DNA from: a virus
Reading direction: 5' to 3' (one strand)
IMG/VR virus record: IMGVR_UViG_3300029989_000006
DNA length: 64,000 nucleotides
A program made the position numbers and the translations under genes. This document shows positions 1 to 14,437 of this stretch, piece by piece. Every line of letters begins with the position of its first letter. The first letter of the stretch is position 1. The notes under the pieces were generated by a model. It did not search any database and was not told the origin of the DNA. It saw only the letters and a list, made by a program, of their open reading frames with translations.

Positions 1-3000
1 ATCAGGTATTATCTAATACTTTTGGAGATTCTCTATATCCAGTAAAGTTTTTAAAGATTGAAAATGATAGACTATTTAAATCATACTCTGTAAGGGTGTG
101 ATCTCTATTACTTTTAACAACATTATTAATCTTATTATTCATTAAAGGAATAATTGATGAAATCTCACCTTGAAATGAGTTAATAAAATCAGAAACTGTT
201 TCTTTAAAATCTCTATATATAACAGTACTGTGTGTATCAGTTTCTTTGATACGAATTGGATCACCTATTTTTATATAAACAATATCATAATCTGGTCCAA
301 TTTTAATTTCTGAATTTTCTGGTTTCTTATATAATTTTTCTCCTGAATTAGATAATCTTGTCTTTTCAATATAAGATTTTCCATCCTTTACTTTTGGTAC
401 AAGATCAAAACTGTTAACTGGCTCAACAATACCTGTTAATTCTTTAACAAATTTCACAAATACTGGATTTTGTCCACTTTTAAGATTTAAAACCAGGTCA
501 AAGGTTTTTGTTGGATTAACAACAGTGATATTCTCACCTTTATTAGTAGTTAAACTATTATGTATATCTACTACATTAAATTCCTTCTCTAATTTATTTC
601 TAAAATATTTTGATCCTAATTTGTTTATCTCTACAATTGATGCTCCATCATTATCAAATACTGTTTTGTATATATTTGGCAATATTAGTTCATTAGGTTT
701 AAAAACATAATTTTGAACATCAACTAATTTTGGTAATCAGAAATCTAAAACATCATTATTGATCTTTTTTAAATCATCACCATTTTCAGCTTCTGTTCCA
801 AAATATGCATTAAAATCAGTATGCTCACTAACAAATGGTAAAAGTTTAGAACTATTTAAAAATTCTAAGTTTCGTTCAGTCCATTTATCAAGTATATGAT
901 TAGCTTCTTTAAAGTTATCAACAGCTTCTTTATTGTTAGGAACTATTGTTAAATTAAATGCCTTTAAGAAATTTTGTAAGATAATAAAATCTTTATTATC
1001 TGGTAAAATATTCTCTCCTGCTTTATATCTAGATAATAAGAATTTTAATTTAATAGAATCCGTATCAAATAAATTATAACTTCTAAGTTCTGTAGATATT
1101 GTAGTTTCTGTATTTACAACAACCTGTATTGGAGTTATAATATCAAAAGTTATTTCTGAAGGTTTTAAATCTCTTGGAATATTTATAATTTTTTCACAAG
1201 GTTCATTATTTGAATACATCTCTTTAAAGTCCTGATAAAGTTTTGGGGAAGATAAATTATGTCTTATTCCTTTAATTTCAACTATTTCTCCAGGATTAAT
1301 TTTGCCAACTATTGTTTTAATTGGTTTTAATTTTTTATCCAAATATTCTTTTACAATCTCCTCGCTATTTTTACCTATAATTCCTCTTTCAACTGAATCC
1401 TGCATTGCTTCTTTTATAATATCTTCTTGCTTTAAAATATTTCCTTCTGCATCTTCAAATAATTGAATGATTTTGTGTGATGGATTTAAAATAGCACCTA
1501 ATCCTGAATAATACCTTGTAATAAATTCAGAATTTAATCTTCCAATCATATGTTGAACAAATTTACCAAAGAAATGTTGATTACTAAATGGTAACATATC
1601 TCCACTTCCAAAACTTTCACTAATGATTTTAGATAAATCATTTGTTTGACTATTATTTAAATCTTTTGCAAATTCTTTTGATAAATTTAAATAAAAATCA
1701 TTTAAATTTTTATCATCAAGTGAATCTAATGTTTTTAAATATGGAGAAGCTGCTTCTTTAATAATCTGAGCAAGATTTTGATAAACTTCATTTGCAATCT
1801 GAGAAGTCATTGGAGACTGAGCTAATGTAGAAATTAACTGTGTAATTTCTTTGATTTTAGAAGCATCAGCTGTGTGATTTGCATCCAACTGTGGACCCAT
1901 ATATTTATGAGAAACAGTTGTATAGTTTAATGGAGTATTATCAATTCAATGAGTAGATGGATTTATATTTGTAGCTCCTGCTTTAATTGCTGAAAGATTT
2001 GACATAATATGGATTAATCTATTTTTTAAAACATAATTACCTTCTTCATTATATGAAGTAATAATGTTAAATAATAAATCATTAGATGATTCATCTAGAT
2101 TAAATTTACTATCAGTAGAATATTCTCCACCAAAAACAGTTCATAAGTCATAAAGTGTGTTAATTTTGGTAGGATTATATTCAATGCTCTCAAATTTTTG
2201 TAAAATATTATTATATTTTAATAATTCTAGAGATAATACATTATTTTCTATTTTAAGTTTAGAAATTTTGAAATAACTTCCATCTTTTCAGTAATATTGA
2301 TTTAGCCCATCTTTTACAAATAAATTTATATTAATAGGTAATCCTAAAGATTTTTCTTGAAGATTTTTAAAAGCAATTGATGAATATTTTGAATTTCTAA
2401 TTTTATCATTAGTTAATACGGTTTCTGCATCTTTTTTAATCATTATTCCATAAGGAGTTAAGAAAGTACCAAATTGTTTCTTTGTACCTTTATATCCTTT
2501 TCCTGGATAAGATTCTTCAACCATTTTGGCATATAAATATGAAATTACAGATGATCCATCATGAATATCTTGTTTATGACTTGTTTTAGCCATATTATAT
2601 AATTCATCCTGTAAATCACTGATTGTTGCATGATTAATGTTATTTGGAACACCAGTTACTTTATTATGTACTGGTAGTTCAATAACCGCTGTAGCAACAA
2701 CGTTTCTTTTACCCATATTAGCAATTCTTCAATGTGCCTCATTTTCAAAGTTCTTACTAAATTTATCATAATCTGTAGATGCATAATCTTCTTGTAATGC
2801 TATACCTTTAGTTTTATGCATATACTCACCTTTTAAGGTTAAATAATGATACTCTTGTTTAAATAAGTTAGTTGCTAATAACCATCTTTTAAGTATTGGA
2901 TTAACATTTCCCTTACTATCATAGAAAGCATGCACATTTTCTTCTTCGTTATCTACAACAAAGCTCTTATTATAATTTTCTGAATTTATTCCTAAACTTT

Positions 3001-5713
3001 GTAATAAATTAGTAATTACCTCTGGATCTGCATCAGAATTTTTTGTTCTTTTTGTAGAGTTAGATAATTGATCAAGTTCTTCAGCAGAAAATAGTTCATT
3101 CTTACCTTCATCTTGTAACTTAGTTATTGCATTTTCAAATTGTTTATTTATAAATTTATTAAAGTTTCCTTTATTTGAAAATATTTTATAGTAATCTCAT
3201 ATATTTTGATTTATTGCAATACGTTTACCATAGAATGTATAATGTCTTTCAAGTTGAAAATTTACATCAGGATTTTTAAGTCTTGCCTGTCTTATTACTT
3301 CTAAAAATGCATCAGATTTACCCTCGAATTGTTTTAGATATTCATTAATTTTAGTTAAATTCTCAGCAATAGGACTTGTTAAATTTAATTCTAATCCCAA
3401 ATACTTATATTGTTTAATTATTTCATGAAGATTGTCCGTGAAGAAATTTAATGATTGAGTTCTTACTAAATCTTGTAAAGCTTCTTCTGATAATACATTT
3501 TGACCAGATCTATTTCCTATAATACTTTTATTATCATAAGAAGCATTTAATCCAAATAATTTTGATAATATACTATTCTTATCAGAATAATTACCAACAA
3601 TTACTGGAAATACTTCTGATTCTGCTTCTGGTCTAGTAAATGGATTCACAAAACCATAAAAGAAATCCGATATAAAGTTTTCTAATACACTAAAAGAAAA
3701 TGCTGACTTACTTTGACCTTTATTAACTAATTCAAGTTTTATACCAGTTCCTTTTAAAATAGAATTATTAGCTAAAAGACTTTTATATGTAATGTTACCT
3801 GTTTCTTTCTTTTCAAAGTCAAATCGTTCTTTTAATGTAACAATATCATTGTTAAATAACGTAGGTGTTTTGAATGAAGGAATTTTCTCTCCAGTATATG
3901 TTGAAATAACTGTGATTGGAGTTAAAACATAATTATCCAAGAATACATCTAAAATATCCTGTATTTTAGAGTTTAATTCAGTAATTACCTTACTCTCAGA
4001 CTGAACATTTTCTCTATCATCATCATTAACACTTTTTTCATTCTCTGCAATTCTTCCTAATAAATCATTATTATTAATTGCATCTAAATAATCCAATATT
4101 TTACCTTCAACACTAGAATTATTAGTAGTTCATTGTTTTATTAATTCCTCAGCCGAAAATGATTTAATACTAATTCCTAAAGTTCTTTGAATAAATTTTA
4201 CCAAGTCAGAAGATGTACTAGTTAATTTTTTTATTCTTTCCAAAGATTTTGCTCTATCTTTTCCAAAAATAAATGTTTCTGGAGAATTTAAGAGATTTTT
4301 TAGATGAGTATACACACTTACTTGTAATGCTATCTTCTCTGCATTATGTGAGTATAATTCTTTTACATCCATTTGACTGGAGTTACCATTGAAAGTATTG
4401 TAATAAGCCCCATAGCAGTTATTTAACACTTGTGTTAATAATTCTGTTACAGGTTGAGTTTTGGTCTCCTTTTTAGCTATTTCATTTTTAAAAATACTTA
4501 AGGATTGAATAATATCAAATTTTGGTCTGAAAATTAAAAATTTCTTATTATCAAGTCCAAGAAATCCTTGTTTTTTAGCTTGACTTACCTTTTTTATGTA
4601 TCATTCATACATATTAATAGGATCCTCATTAAAAGGTTTTCACGTTGGGTCATTAAAAAGTTCTATTGAATTTTCTAATTCAAATACATGCATTGTTGCA
4701 GCTAAACTATATAAATGCTTTGTTTCTAGAAATTGACCAGTAGGATTTCCTCAATGATCATAATGTGGTATAATAGCAATAGTATTCTTTGTTAAGTCAT
4801 CTGATAAAGTTTCTGCTGCTTCAGACATATGTTCATCTTCTGCCCAATACTCAGTTTCAAATCCTTTAGTAGTTGCAGTATATTTAATACCCTGAATTGG
4901 ATCTTCAAATGTATTGAATTCAGAAAAATTAACTTTAATCTGATTTCTGTATCTTGTAAATAATATATTGTCAAAGTTAACTAACATAATAGCTGCATTA
5001 TACGCATCTAATTTTGTTCTTAAAGCTCCATTTGAAATACTTCCTTGTAAATTTGGAATCTCTTTACCACTAGGTAATATTACTAAATCTTCATCAGAAG
5101 CAATTACATCTTGAAACTTACTAATAACGGGTTGATATAATGTATAATTAATTACACCTTTTTTATTATAAATATTTCCAATAAATTTATCTTTTTGAAA
5201 ATATAAATGCCCATTTTCTAAATTACCTCCTGTATATAAATATCTAACAATTCTCTCAAACAATCTATTCTTTAGATTCTTTAAACTTTGATTTAATTTT
5301 ACTGGATCATTAATAAATTCTGAACTATCTTTATCACCAAGTTTAGTAGCCCTCATAATTAATGCATTTGAACTTTCTAAAAAGTATTTTTCAGCAATAT
5401 GAAGTGTATGAAATAAATCAGAAACTATTGGAGAGTTAAATAAACAATCAATATTATTAATTGGTCTGTTTTTATTAATTCTATTAATAGTTACAGCAGG
5501 TTCTAAAATTTCACTTAACTGAATTCCATAATCTGTAATTATAGAATTAAAAGTACTCAGTGATTGCTCACTAAGTACTTCTTGTGCTTCCATAACATTT
5601 GATACAGTTACCCCATGTTTATTAAATATGTCTAGAATTTCTTGTTCAGTTTCTATTTTACGTTTAACTAAATCCTTAATAATCTTCTGTTGTTTTTCTA
5701 TAGTACATGCCAT
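1..5713 (-). CDS. Giant virion-associated RNA polymerase (crAss-like), N-terminal ~1,900 aa; continues beyond window start; code 4
   Basis: ORF fragments starting at 5713, 4429, 4096, 2935, 2716, 1900 and 682 share one frame and break at TGA. Motifs KRNVVATA, HDGSSVIS and GPQLDANH resemble crAss vRNAP segments, and the gene lies after the large cargo genes. The catalytic DxDxD motif is not in the window. Confidence 0.7.
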
Positions 5714-5728
5714 AAATTTGTTCTTTTA

Positions 5729-8700
5729 TTAACACTCAAAGAAATCTTCAAGTGATTCATTATTTTTATATTTTCCAAAATCAATTTGTAATTTATCTAA
5801 AACATAATTCATTAAATTAGATTCTATTCCAACATCATGTTTTGGTGCTAGAAACTCATTCACTTTTATTACACTCAAGTCTTTAATATGATTTAAAAAC
5901 TCTGATAAAGTTAAACTTTCAGATCCATCTATACTTGGGAAAACTTTAGTTTTCCATTTCTTTAATAATTCTTCAAATAAAGTATTATCATCTGCATTAT
6001 CAGATTCTTTAACATCACTTAATTTGTCTTTAAATATACTAACTAATTTCTGAACTTCTGATAAATCATTATATCCAGGAATTGGAGTTAATATTTCACC
6101 TATTTGAGCAATTGCTACTTCCTTTGTAATTGGCAAAATAGGTTTAACAACTTGTTGCATTTCAGTAAGTAATGCATCAGTTTTCTCCTCAGTTTTCTTA
6201 ATTATAGTTTCTGGTTTTATAACACTACTTTTTGTAGAAAGATCAATTAATAATCTTGGACCTTCTGGCATAATTGTAGTATATACATTATCAAAAACTA
6301 ATGGACTTTCAACTCTTTCATATTTTTCAGGACCAGTTGAACCTTTTGCACTGACAATTGGTACATTAAAAAATATACTTCCATCCTGTGCTTTGTCAGA
6401 TTCTTTTGCTTCTCAAACTGAAAAGATTTTTCCAAGAGTACTATTAATCTCTTTATAACGACCTCTAATTTCAGGTAAATACTTTTCATTAGAAGCAATT
6501 ATTGCAGATTTTCTATATAACTCAAATATATTTCAGAAGTTTCTATACCATTGTGTATTAGTACTTCTAACCAATTTTAACAGTTCATCTCTTAATAATT
6601 TTCTGTCTAATGGCATATGTTTACTTTGAAAATCTTCAACTGTTTTTAGAAGTGTTTCAATTACTAATCTTAATTTACTATCTTTTTCATTAGTAATAAG
6701 AGAAATAATATCCTTTTTCATAACATCTTTAAAGCTGTCTGTGTAAGCTTTTATAAACTCAGTTGATTCATCTTCACTAACCTTGCCTTGTTTAAAAAGT
6801 TTTATATATAGTTCAGAATTTTCTGTTGCAATTTCTATTAATTTATCTAATACTTGACTACCAGAAAACAAACTATCTCTAAGAGTTTCTGCTTGTTTTT
6901 GTGTATTAGAATTAGTTAATTTATCAATTAATACTTCATCAATTACAATTTGTTTAATCTCTTTTATATATCTTCTTCTACTTTTTAACAGTATTAATTG
7001 TACTTGTTTTGGATCCTCTATGAAAGTAACTGCAGCATATGGTTTTCCTCTAAACTTTTTATATAATGATTCTAATCCTAAAATTTTCTTGCCTGGATTA
7101 TATGGATCATCAACATCTTCATCCTTTCTTGGCTCTCCAAAATTGAATTTTTCTATTTCTTCAATAAATTTAGCTTTATTAGTAGAAAATAATTCATAAT
7201 GAATTTCATTAGTAAATACTCCTCTGTTATAAAAACTAATTCCAGGAATTTTCGAAATTTCTGTTAAAGTTAATCTTTTTAATTTATTATAATTTATATC
7301 AGCACCTTGAGTAGTTATTCTTGTTGGACTGATAATAGATATATCTTCAAATTTAACTTCAACCTCAGATTTTGCAGAGGTTAATAACTTTTCATAAGTT
7401 TTAATTGAATTAGAATCTTTTCCAAAAACTGCAGCAACAGTATCTAATGCACCAAAAGTAGCTAAATGTATGTAATAATCATTATTTGGAGAAATATTAA
7501 CCTTTAAATATAAATTTACATGGTTATCATCATTCTTCAGATGTTTACTAGAATTATCAACCATACCTTTTGCAAAAGGAGCATTAGCTAATTCATCGTA
7601 TTTTGTATTGATTAATACTAACTTAGTAGAATAATGATTCGGGATATATGCTTCAGTATTTGTAACTAATCTCATAATTTCATTATTAGCAGGTAATTTA
7701 CCTTGCAAATTTCAGAAACTATATTTTAAACTTACCAAAGAAGAAGTTAATTTATCAAACTCATCTTTTGATATTACTTTCTGATTTTCACCTAAGCCAA
7801 ATATAAAAGATAATCCAGAATTTAAATTAGTTCTATCATTCTTTTCTAATAATACTTTATCACCATCTACAATAGTAAACTTAACATTAATATCATTATA
7901 AAATGTATGAAGCATAAACTTATTATCATCTGGTTTTGTTTTTAATTTATTATTTAAAACAACTTGTGGTTGGGGCACAACATGATTTACTTCATCATCT
8001 GGCTTACCAGATATAGAAACTTCAGGCGATATTTCATCAGCTTCTTCAATTACAGCATCCTTTTTGAATTTAAAATTATCATCAACTAATGAAAAATTTG
8101 GATCTAATAATTTTGTTAGTTTCTCAATTCTTTTTAATTTAGTTTCTTTAACTAAATCCTCATTTATTGGTGTAATAAAATTAGGAAAATCTTCTGCTGT
8201 TGAAATTAAATTCAATGTAGTAGAATCCAATGTATTATTAATTGACTCATCATTTATTATAATAGATGCAGATTTTGATCTTGACATATATGTGTAAAGA
8301 TTTCTTAATGCACCTAAAATATGATTACTTTTTATTTGTGAAGTTTTAAAGATAAAATAATTAACTTCTGATCCCTGAATATTATCTTGAGTAAATAATT
8401 TCACATTATCCATGGAAATATTTGCTTTAGTTAATTGTTCTTGTATATTTGGATTTAATGTTCCAGAATCAGTTAAAATTCCTATAACTGATTTTGGATT
8501 TTCCTTAATAATGTTAACTAATGCAGTTAACACTTTAGTTGGAATTATTTTATCAGTTGTAATTAAATCACCACATAAAGTTTTATCATCTAGATAATAT
8601 TTCAATAAAATTCCTTTATCAATAAATCCCATAATCTTACTAGAATCTACTCTATAATCATTAAAGTGTTTAATACTTTTACGAACCAAGGAAGAAACAT

Positions 8701-11700
8701 AATCATTATCTTCTCTTTTCTGTGAATTTTCGGCTCTAACAACTAAATTTATAAAGGGTGTAAAAATTCCAGAAACCCTGTCAACATTAAAACTTGCTCC
8801 AAAGAATTTTGCACCATTTTGTGATTGATCTCCAGCTCCTACAATTTTAATTAATTTTCCCTCAGCTCAGGCTTTCTTAGCAATTTCATTAATTACTCCT
8901 AATTCTAAAGCAGTGAAATGTGTTACTTCATCAATAAATAATAAATCTGGAAGATTTGTAACAGATTCTTTAATAGTAATTTTATCTGCATTTAATATGA
9001 TGGAATTACCACTTTGAACAGTTACATATTGAGATTTGTCTTTATTACTATTTATATCATTAATTATTTCACTAATTCCTAGTTTATCAAATAATGTACT
9101 TTTATTATACTTATTTATTGTAAATTGTTTTGTATCTATACCTTCTAAAACATTTGTTTCTAATAAATCAGCTTGATCTAATTTTGGTCCAGCCAACCAA
9201 ATAGTTAAATTAGGATTATTATTCATCAGGAATGTAATAAGTGATTTAAAAATAACACTTGTTTTTCCTGTTCCTGCATTTCCTAATACATATGAAATAA
9301 AATCCGTTGTAACTAAATCTGGATCAGTAGTTAATTTTACAATTGCTGAGAATAATTCAGGATTTACTGTTGAAGCATATAAGATTTCAGCTGCTAATTC
9401 TTGAGAATAGAATGGGACTTTGTTAAATCCTTCCATCTTTGCTTGTGCAAGAAACTTATTATTAACATCCTTTGGATTTAACACCATTGTAGAAGCCAGA
9501 ATTCAAACAAAATCTGTTCTACTTAGTTCTTTTACATCTTTAGTAATTTCGTCAGTACCATCAATATTATAAATTGAATCAATATTATTTTTAAATAATA
9601 AATCATTATCCGTTAAAATCTGCGTAAATAATTGAATTAATTCTGTATTATTTAAATTTAAATCTTTTACGTACTGATAAATTGCTGATCTTATGTTTAA
9701 TAACTGTCCTTCTTTATCATCTAGATTTGTTAACAAATCTGTAAGATCTGGAAGTGTAGGTTTTTCTTTAAAAATAACTGGTTTACGAAGAATTTCTTTT
9801 AATTCTTTTATAACCAAATTAGATGTAGCTGTTCTTGTAAGTTCAGATTCATTATATATTTTTCCTGAGTTTGATTTAGATAATTCTTTTAATGTCTCCA
9901 ATTTAACTTTAATTCTGGCCAAATCTTTAAGCATTAATGCTGCAATATCAGATGGAACTGTTTTTAAACTTGTTGTTGGTGAAGTGATTTTATTTCTTTC
10001 TAAAAATTTCTGTCTTGTAACAATAAATCCAGATGGATGTTCAAAATCAACTTCTGTTAAACTTGTTCCTTCTACAACACTTTCTAATAATGAAATCATA
10101 TCAATCGCATTACTTATTTGTGTTGTTCTTATACCTTCTATCAGATAATTTGAGATATTAGATGTTTGAAATAATGAAAGTTCTTCATTTTTTAAGATAT
10201 CAAAAATTGACAATTTTTTAATACCTGATGAGGTTAGCAAAGGTACAATTTTTTCTGAAAGAAAATCATAGATAGAGTTTGAAATGAACTGATTTTTATT
10301 ATCAGTGATTTCTTTTAATTCTGTTAATGTATTAAAATAATCTTTATTAGTATTTTTAAAATTTTTGAAATCATGTAAAATTCCTAATAAATCTCCAACA
10401 GAATCTAATAGTTCTATATGATCTAATGAAATATATTTAGGTAAATTATATTTCTGTAAAACAGTTTCCAAATCCTCTGTATCAGAACTTAATTCATTTT
10501 GTATTTTTTCTAAATCTCCCAGAATTTTATCAGAATTTTCAATTAAATCTAATAATTCAACATTAGTTAATTGAAGTTCTTTAAAATAATTTGCTTTTAT
10601 ATAAGATAATTTAGTATCTAATCTTTGTTCTATTAGTATTACTAATTCTCTATCTAAATTTTTAGATTGTTTAATCTCTTTAACAATTTCTTCTAATCCA
10701 TAGTCATTGATTTGAAAGAATTGTGGAGTTTTTACAGCGAATTCTAATTTATTTTTAAGAGTCTGATATTTATTTAGTTTATTTTTAATTGAATTAAAAT
10801 AATCAAGAAATGATTCTAATATACTTGTTAGATTAAATATATCATCATTATTAATTAACTCTTTTATATCATTATTTTTATAATAATTATTAAATAATGT
10901 AATAACTGAAAGAAGGGCTTCATATTTCTCTGTATTTGATAAATCATTTACTGACTTACCTAAAACTTTTGCCTTGTTAGCATATAAATCTTTAATAGAG
11001 GAAACATTTGTTGAGATATTTGGTGTATTTGTTAGAAAATCAATATCTGCATCAGTTAACTGTAAATCAGCTTGTTCTGTTTTTAAATTTAAATTATTTG
11101 TTATAATTTGATTTTGTGCAGTTTCTGTTTGTTCATAAGGCATCAAATTTACTTTTAATTTCTTATCATCCAATTCTTTCATCTGTTTTTCTATGTCAAC
11201 TTTCTGAATTGAATCTGCAGAATCTAATTGAGTAATTAATTGATTAATTTGTTGATCTATTTGTTGATCATATTCTACTACCTTTGCATTAAAAGTATTT
11301 AATAATACATCATAATCAATAGCTTCTGATGGTAAATATGAGGCAATTGTACTGATAAAATTGTCAATAAATTCCTTCTTAGTTGTTCCACTTTCTGCAT
11401 TAACAACTTGATTTAATTCTGCTTCTGTTAATTTCTTCCCAGTTTCATAATTAATCAGAACATCATGGTCTATTACTTTTTTAGCAACATTAGTTTTTAT
11501 AACATCTCAACTAACAATCTTTTTACCAATTTTTTGTTCAATGTTATTTACAGTCGCTCTGAATTGCTCCAGATTAGCTTCACGATGTTCAGGATCCATA
11601 TTCCACAATTCTAATTGACGAGAAATATCTAATAATCCTTTAAAAGTTTTGTCCCTTTCATAACTATATCCATTAGTCATATATTCAACTAGTTTTGGAT

Positions 11701-14428
11701 TAAAGTCTAGTTCTAATTGTTTATATGCTTCAGTTGCAACTCCTAAATATTTCTTAAAATCAGTATTTTCTTTATATTTTTTAAATTCATCATCAATTCT
11801 TTTTTGAGTTACACCAAATCCTTCTGGTTCTAAGTCATGATAATTCTTTCCATAAGTAATTTTAGTAAAAGTATCTTTATCAATTACAACTCATTTATCA
11901 CTTATTTGTTTATTTAAATACATAGACATTTGATCGAAATATTTTTCAGCAGTGTTGCCATCTAACATTTCTTTTACTTGTTTTTCATAAATTGAACTTT
12001 CTTCTTTCAATTTTTGAATTTGCTTAGTATTTTTTAATGTATCGGTTTCAGATTGTTTTAATTTCTCAATTTCTAATACAATATCATGAATTTTATTAAT
12101 TTTTTCTGTATAATCAGATAAAATAATTCCTTCAATTCCTATAGTTTTTCCTTCTTCTTTAGATTTTTTAAGAGAATCAAGAATTAAAGAATCTAACATT
12201 GTTTTTCTAATAACCTCATCATCAGATTCTCCAAGTCCTGTTGAATTAAAAATTCCATCAAGTCTTTGAATTATTCTAATTGTTTCATCAGCTACTACAT
12301 CTGCTTGTGAATAATTTTTATTCAAATTAGACATTGTACTATCTCCAACATTATCCCCAATATTTGTTATTACATTATTTTCTACATCAGCTCCTTCTGG
12401 AGTAATGTATTTATTCCCTAATTTCTTCCTTTGTTTATTAACTGCTGCTATGATTTCCTCTGTATGACCATCTGCAATTAATTGATATAAATCTTTCTTA
12501 GTATCCTGTGTTAATGCAACACTATTCTTTGGATCTAACAATGGTTCAATAACTGAGCGTTGATACTCAAACATTGCACCACCAATTACACCACCAACTA
12601 AATTAGATAAATATTTTTGAAATCCCTGAGCACTAAATGTGTCATCCCAAGTATTCATAGAACCTTTTTTCTCAGTTCATCCTAAATAAGACATTAAATC
12701 CACAACTCCAGTAGACATATCCTGAACAGCTTGTTCGGTTACTTCTTCAACACCTTCAATTACTGCATTTTTTCACATATTCTCTCCAATAATAGATGGA
12801 GTTGTAAAAATATCCTCGATTGTGTTTTTAAATTTTGAAACTACTCCTGCGAGTTGAAATTTACCTTTTGCCATATTAGTTTCAGTTGCTTTAAAACCAG
12901 TTTGTATTTCCTCCATATATGGTAGAACTGCTTTACGTAACATAGCTTTATTAGTTTCTTCAGTATATCCTGTACTTTTATCCAAAAACCAATGACCCAT
13001 TCTATTATTCATCATGATTCCATACTGTCCAGCTGCAGCTAATAAAGTAGCAAAACCTGCACTTCTTTTATCATAACCACCAGTAATTGCCTGACCATAA
13101 ATATCACTAGTTGTAGACATTGCCATATATCCTAAAGATAATCCCATAGATAAAGCACTTTGTGCTTTTTCAAATGATTTAAGTTGAGGAAGTTTTTCCA
13201 TAGCTGCCTTAGCCATTACTTCAGATTGTTCTGCTGTAATAGTTCCAGTTATTTTTGCAAAATCTACTTCTTGCCCAATTTTTGTTGCTAATTCACTTTG
13301 TTTTTCAAGTAGTGCTAATTCTTTAGATCTCATAAAAATCTTTGATAAACTAGCTGCAGCTCTTTGCTCATATAATTGGGAAAATATAGAACTAACCATT
13401 GTACCCATTTGCTCCACTGATAAAGCAGATTTACTTCCTTCCTCAGATACTGACTGTTGGACAAATTTTGCCATATAATTTTCTGCAGAGGTAGCTAATC
13501 CACCCATAGCATCAGCTTTTTCTCCTAATAACATTCCTTCTAAGGATTTGTAGAAAGTAGGTAAAATAGAGGCCATTGTAACAGCTGCTCTAATTCCTCC
13601 ATAAACTGTTCCTACTCCAGGTATTAAAAATGGGGCAATTTCTGCTGCAACTTTTACACCTATTCCTGCAAGTGATTTATCTTTTTCATCTGCATCAAAA
13701 ACATTATACTTATCAGCTAATGTTCCATCAGTAGTTAATATATCATTTGGATTAACAACTATTTTACCATAAATCTCACCATCACCAAGTTTTTCAATAA
13801 AATAATTTCCATCTTTGTCTACTTTTCATTCACCTTTTTGGTGTTTTATAGCTTTTTGGCTTAATGGATCAAAATGAGTTCCATCTTCATTATAAGTTGC
13901 ATATACTAAAGTATCCCCAAATAATTTCTGAAGAACACCTAAATCATTTACACTTTCTGTTGACCATGAATCAGTTTTAGGATCATATAATTTATTCTGT
14001 TGTGCAAGTTGTTTTTGTGTAAAATCGTTTTCAGTAATACTGTTTATTCCAGTTCTACTAAATAATTGTTTAGATGGATTAAAATCCTTCTCAAATTCAA
14101 CATCAATTTTAAAAGTGTTTGCATTTTTTGGTCTAGAAACATCAAATGGACTGTAATATACAGTATTTATATCTTTTAAATACTCATCATCAGTCATTTG
14201 ATAATAATGACTCTTTGCTAAATTATAAAAATCATTAAATTTTATATCATCAAATTTTCCATCTGCAGTTTTAAACTGATTCTGAATAAACGGACTTTGT
14301 TTATATTCATCTTGAGTTAACAAGGATGTGTTATCAGGATTGATATTTACTGATAACATATCCTGAGTTGTGGCAGTTGGACTACTTAATGTAGCAACTA
14401 ATATATCATTAGGTTTTCTAATTTCCAT
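5729..14428 (-). CDS. Giant (2,899 aa) virion cargo protein with SF1 helicase-like domain; code 4
   Basis: Eight same-frame fragments (14428, 13576, 12658, 11182, 9487, 8689, 7708, 6271) joined through TGA, ending in TAA at 5729. Motifs: Walker A LGNAGTGKTS, Walker B LFIDEV, GAGDQSQ, QGSEVNY, LYTYMSRSK. Confidence 0.8.
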
Positions 14429-14437
14429 AATTTAAAA

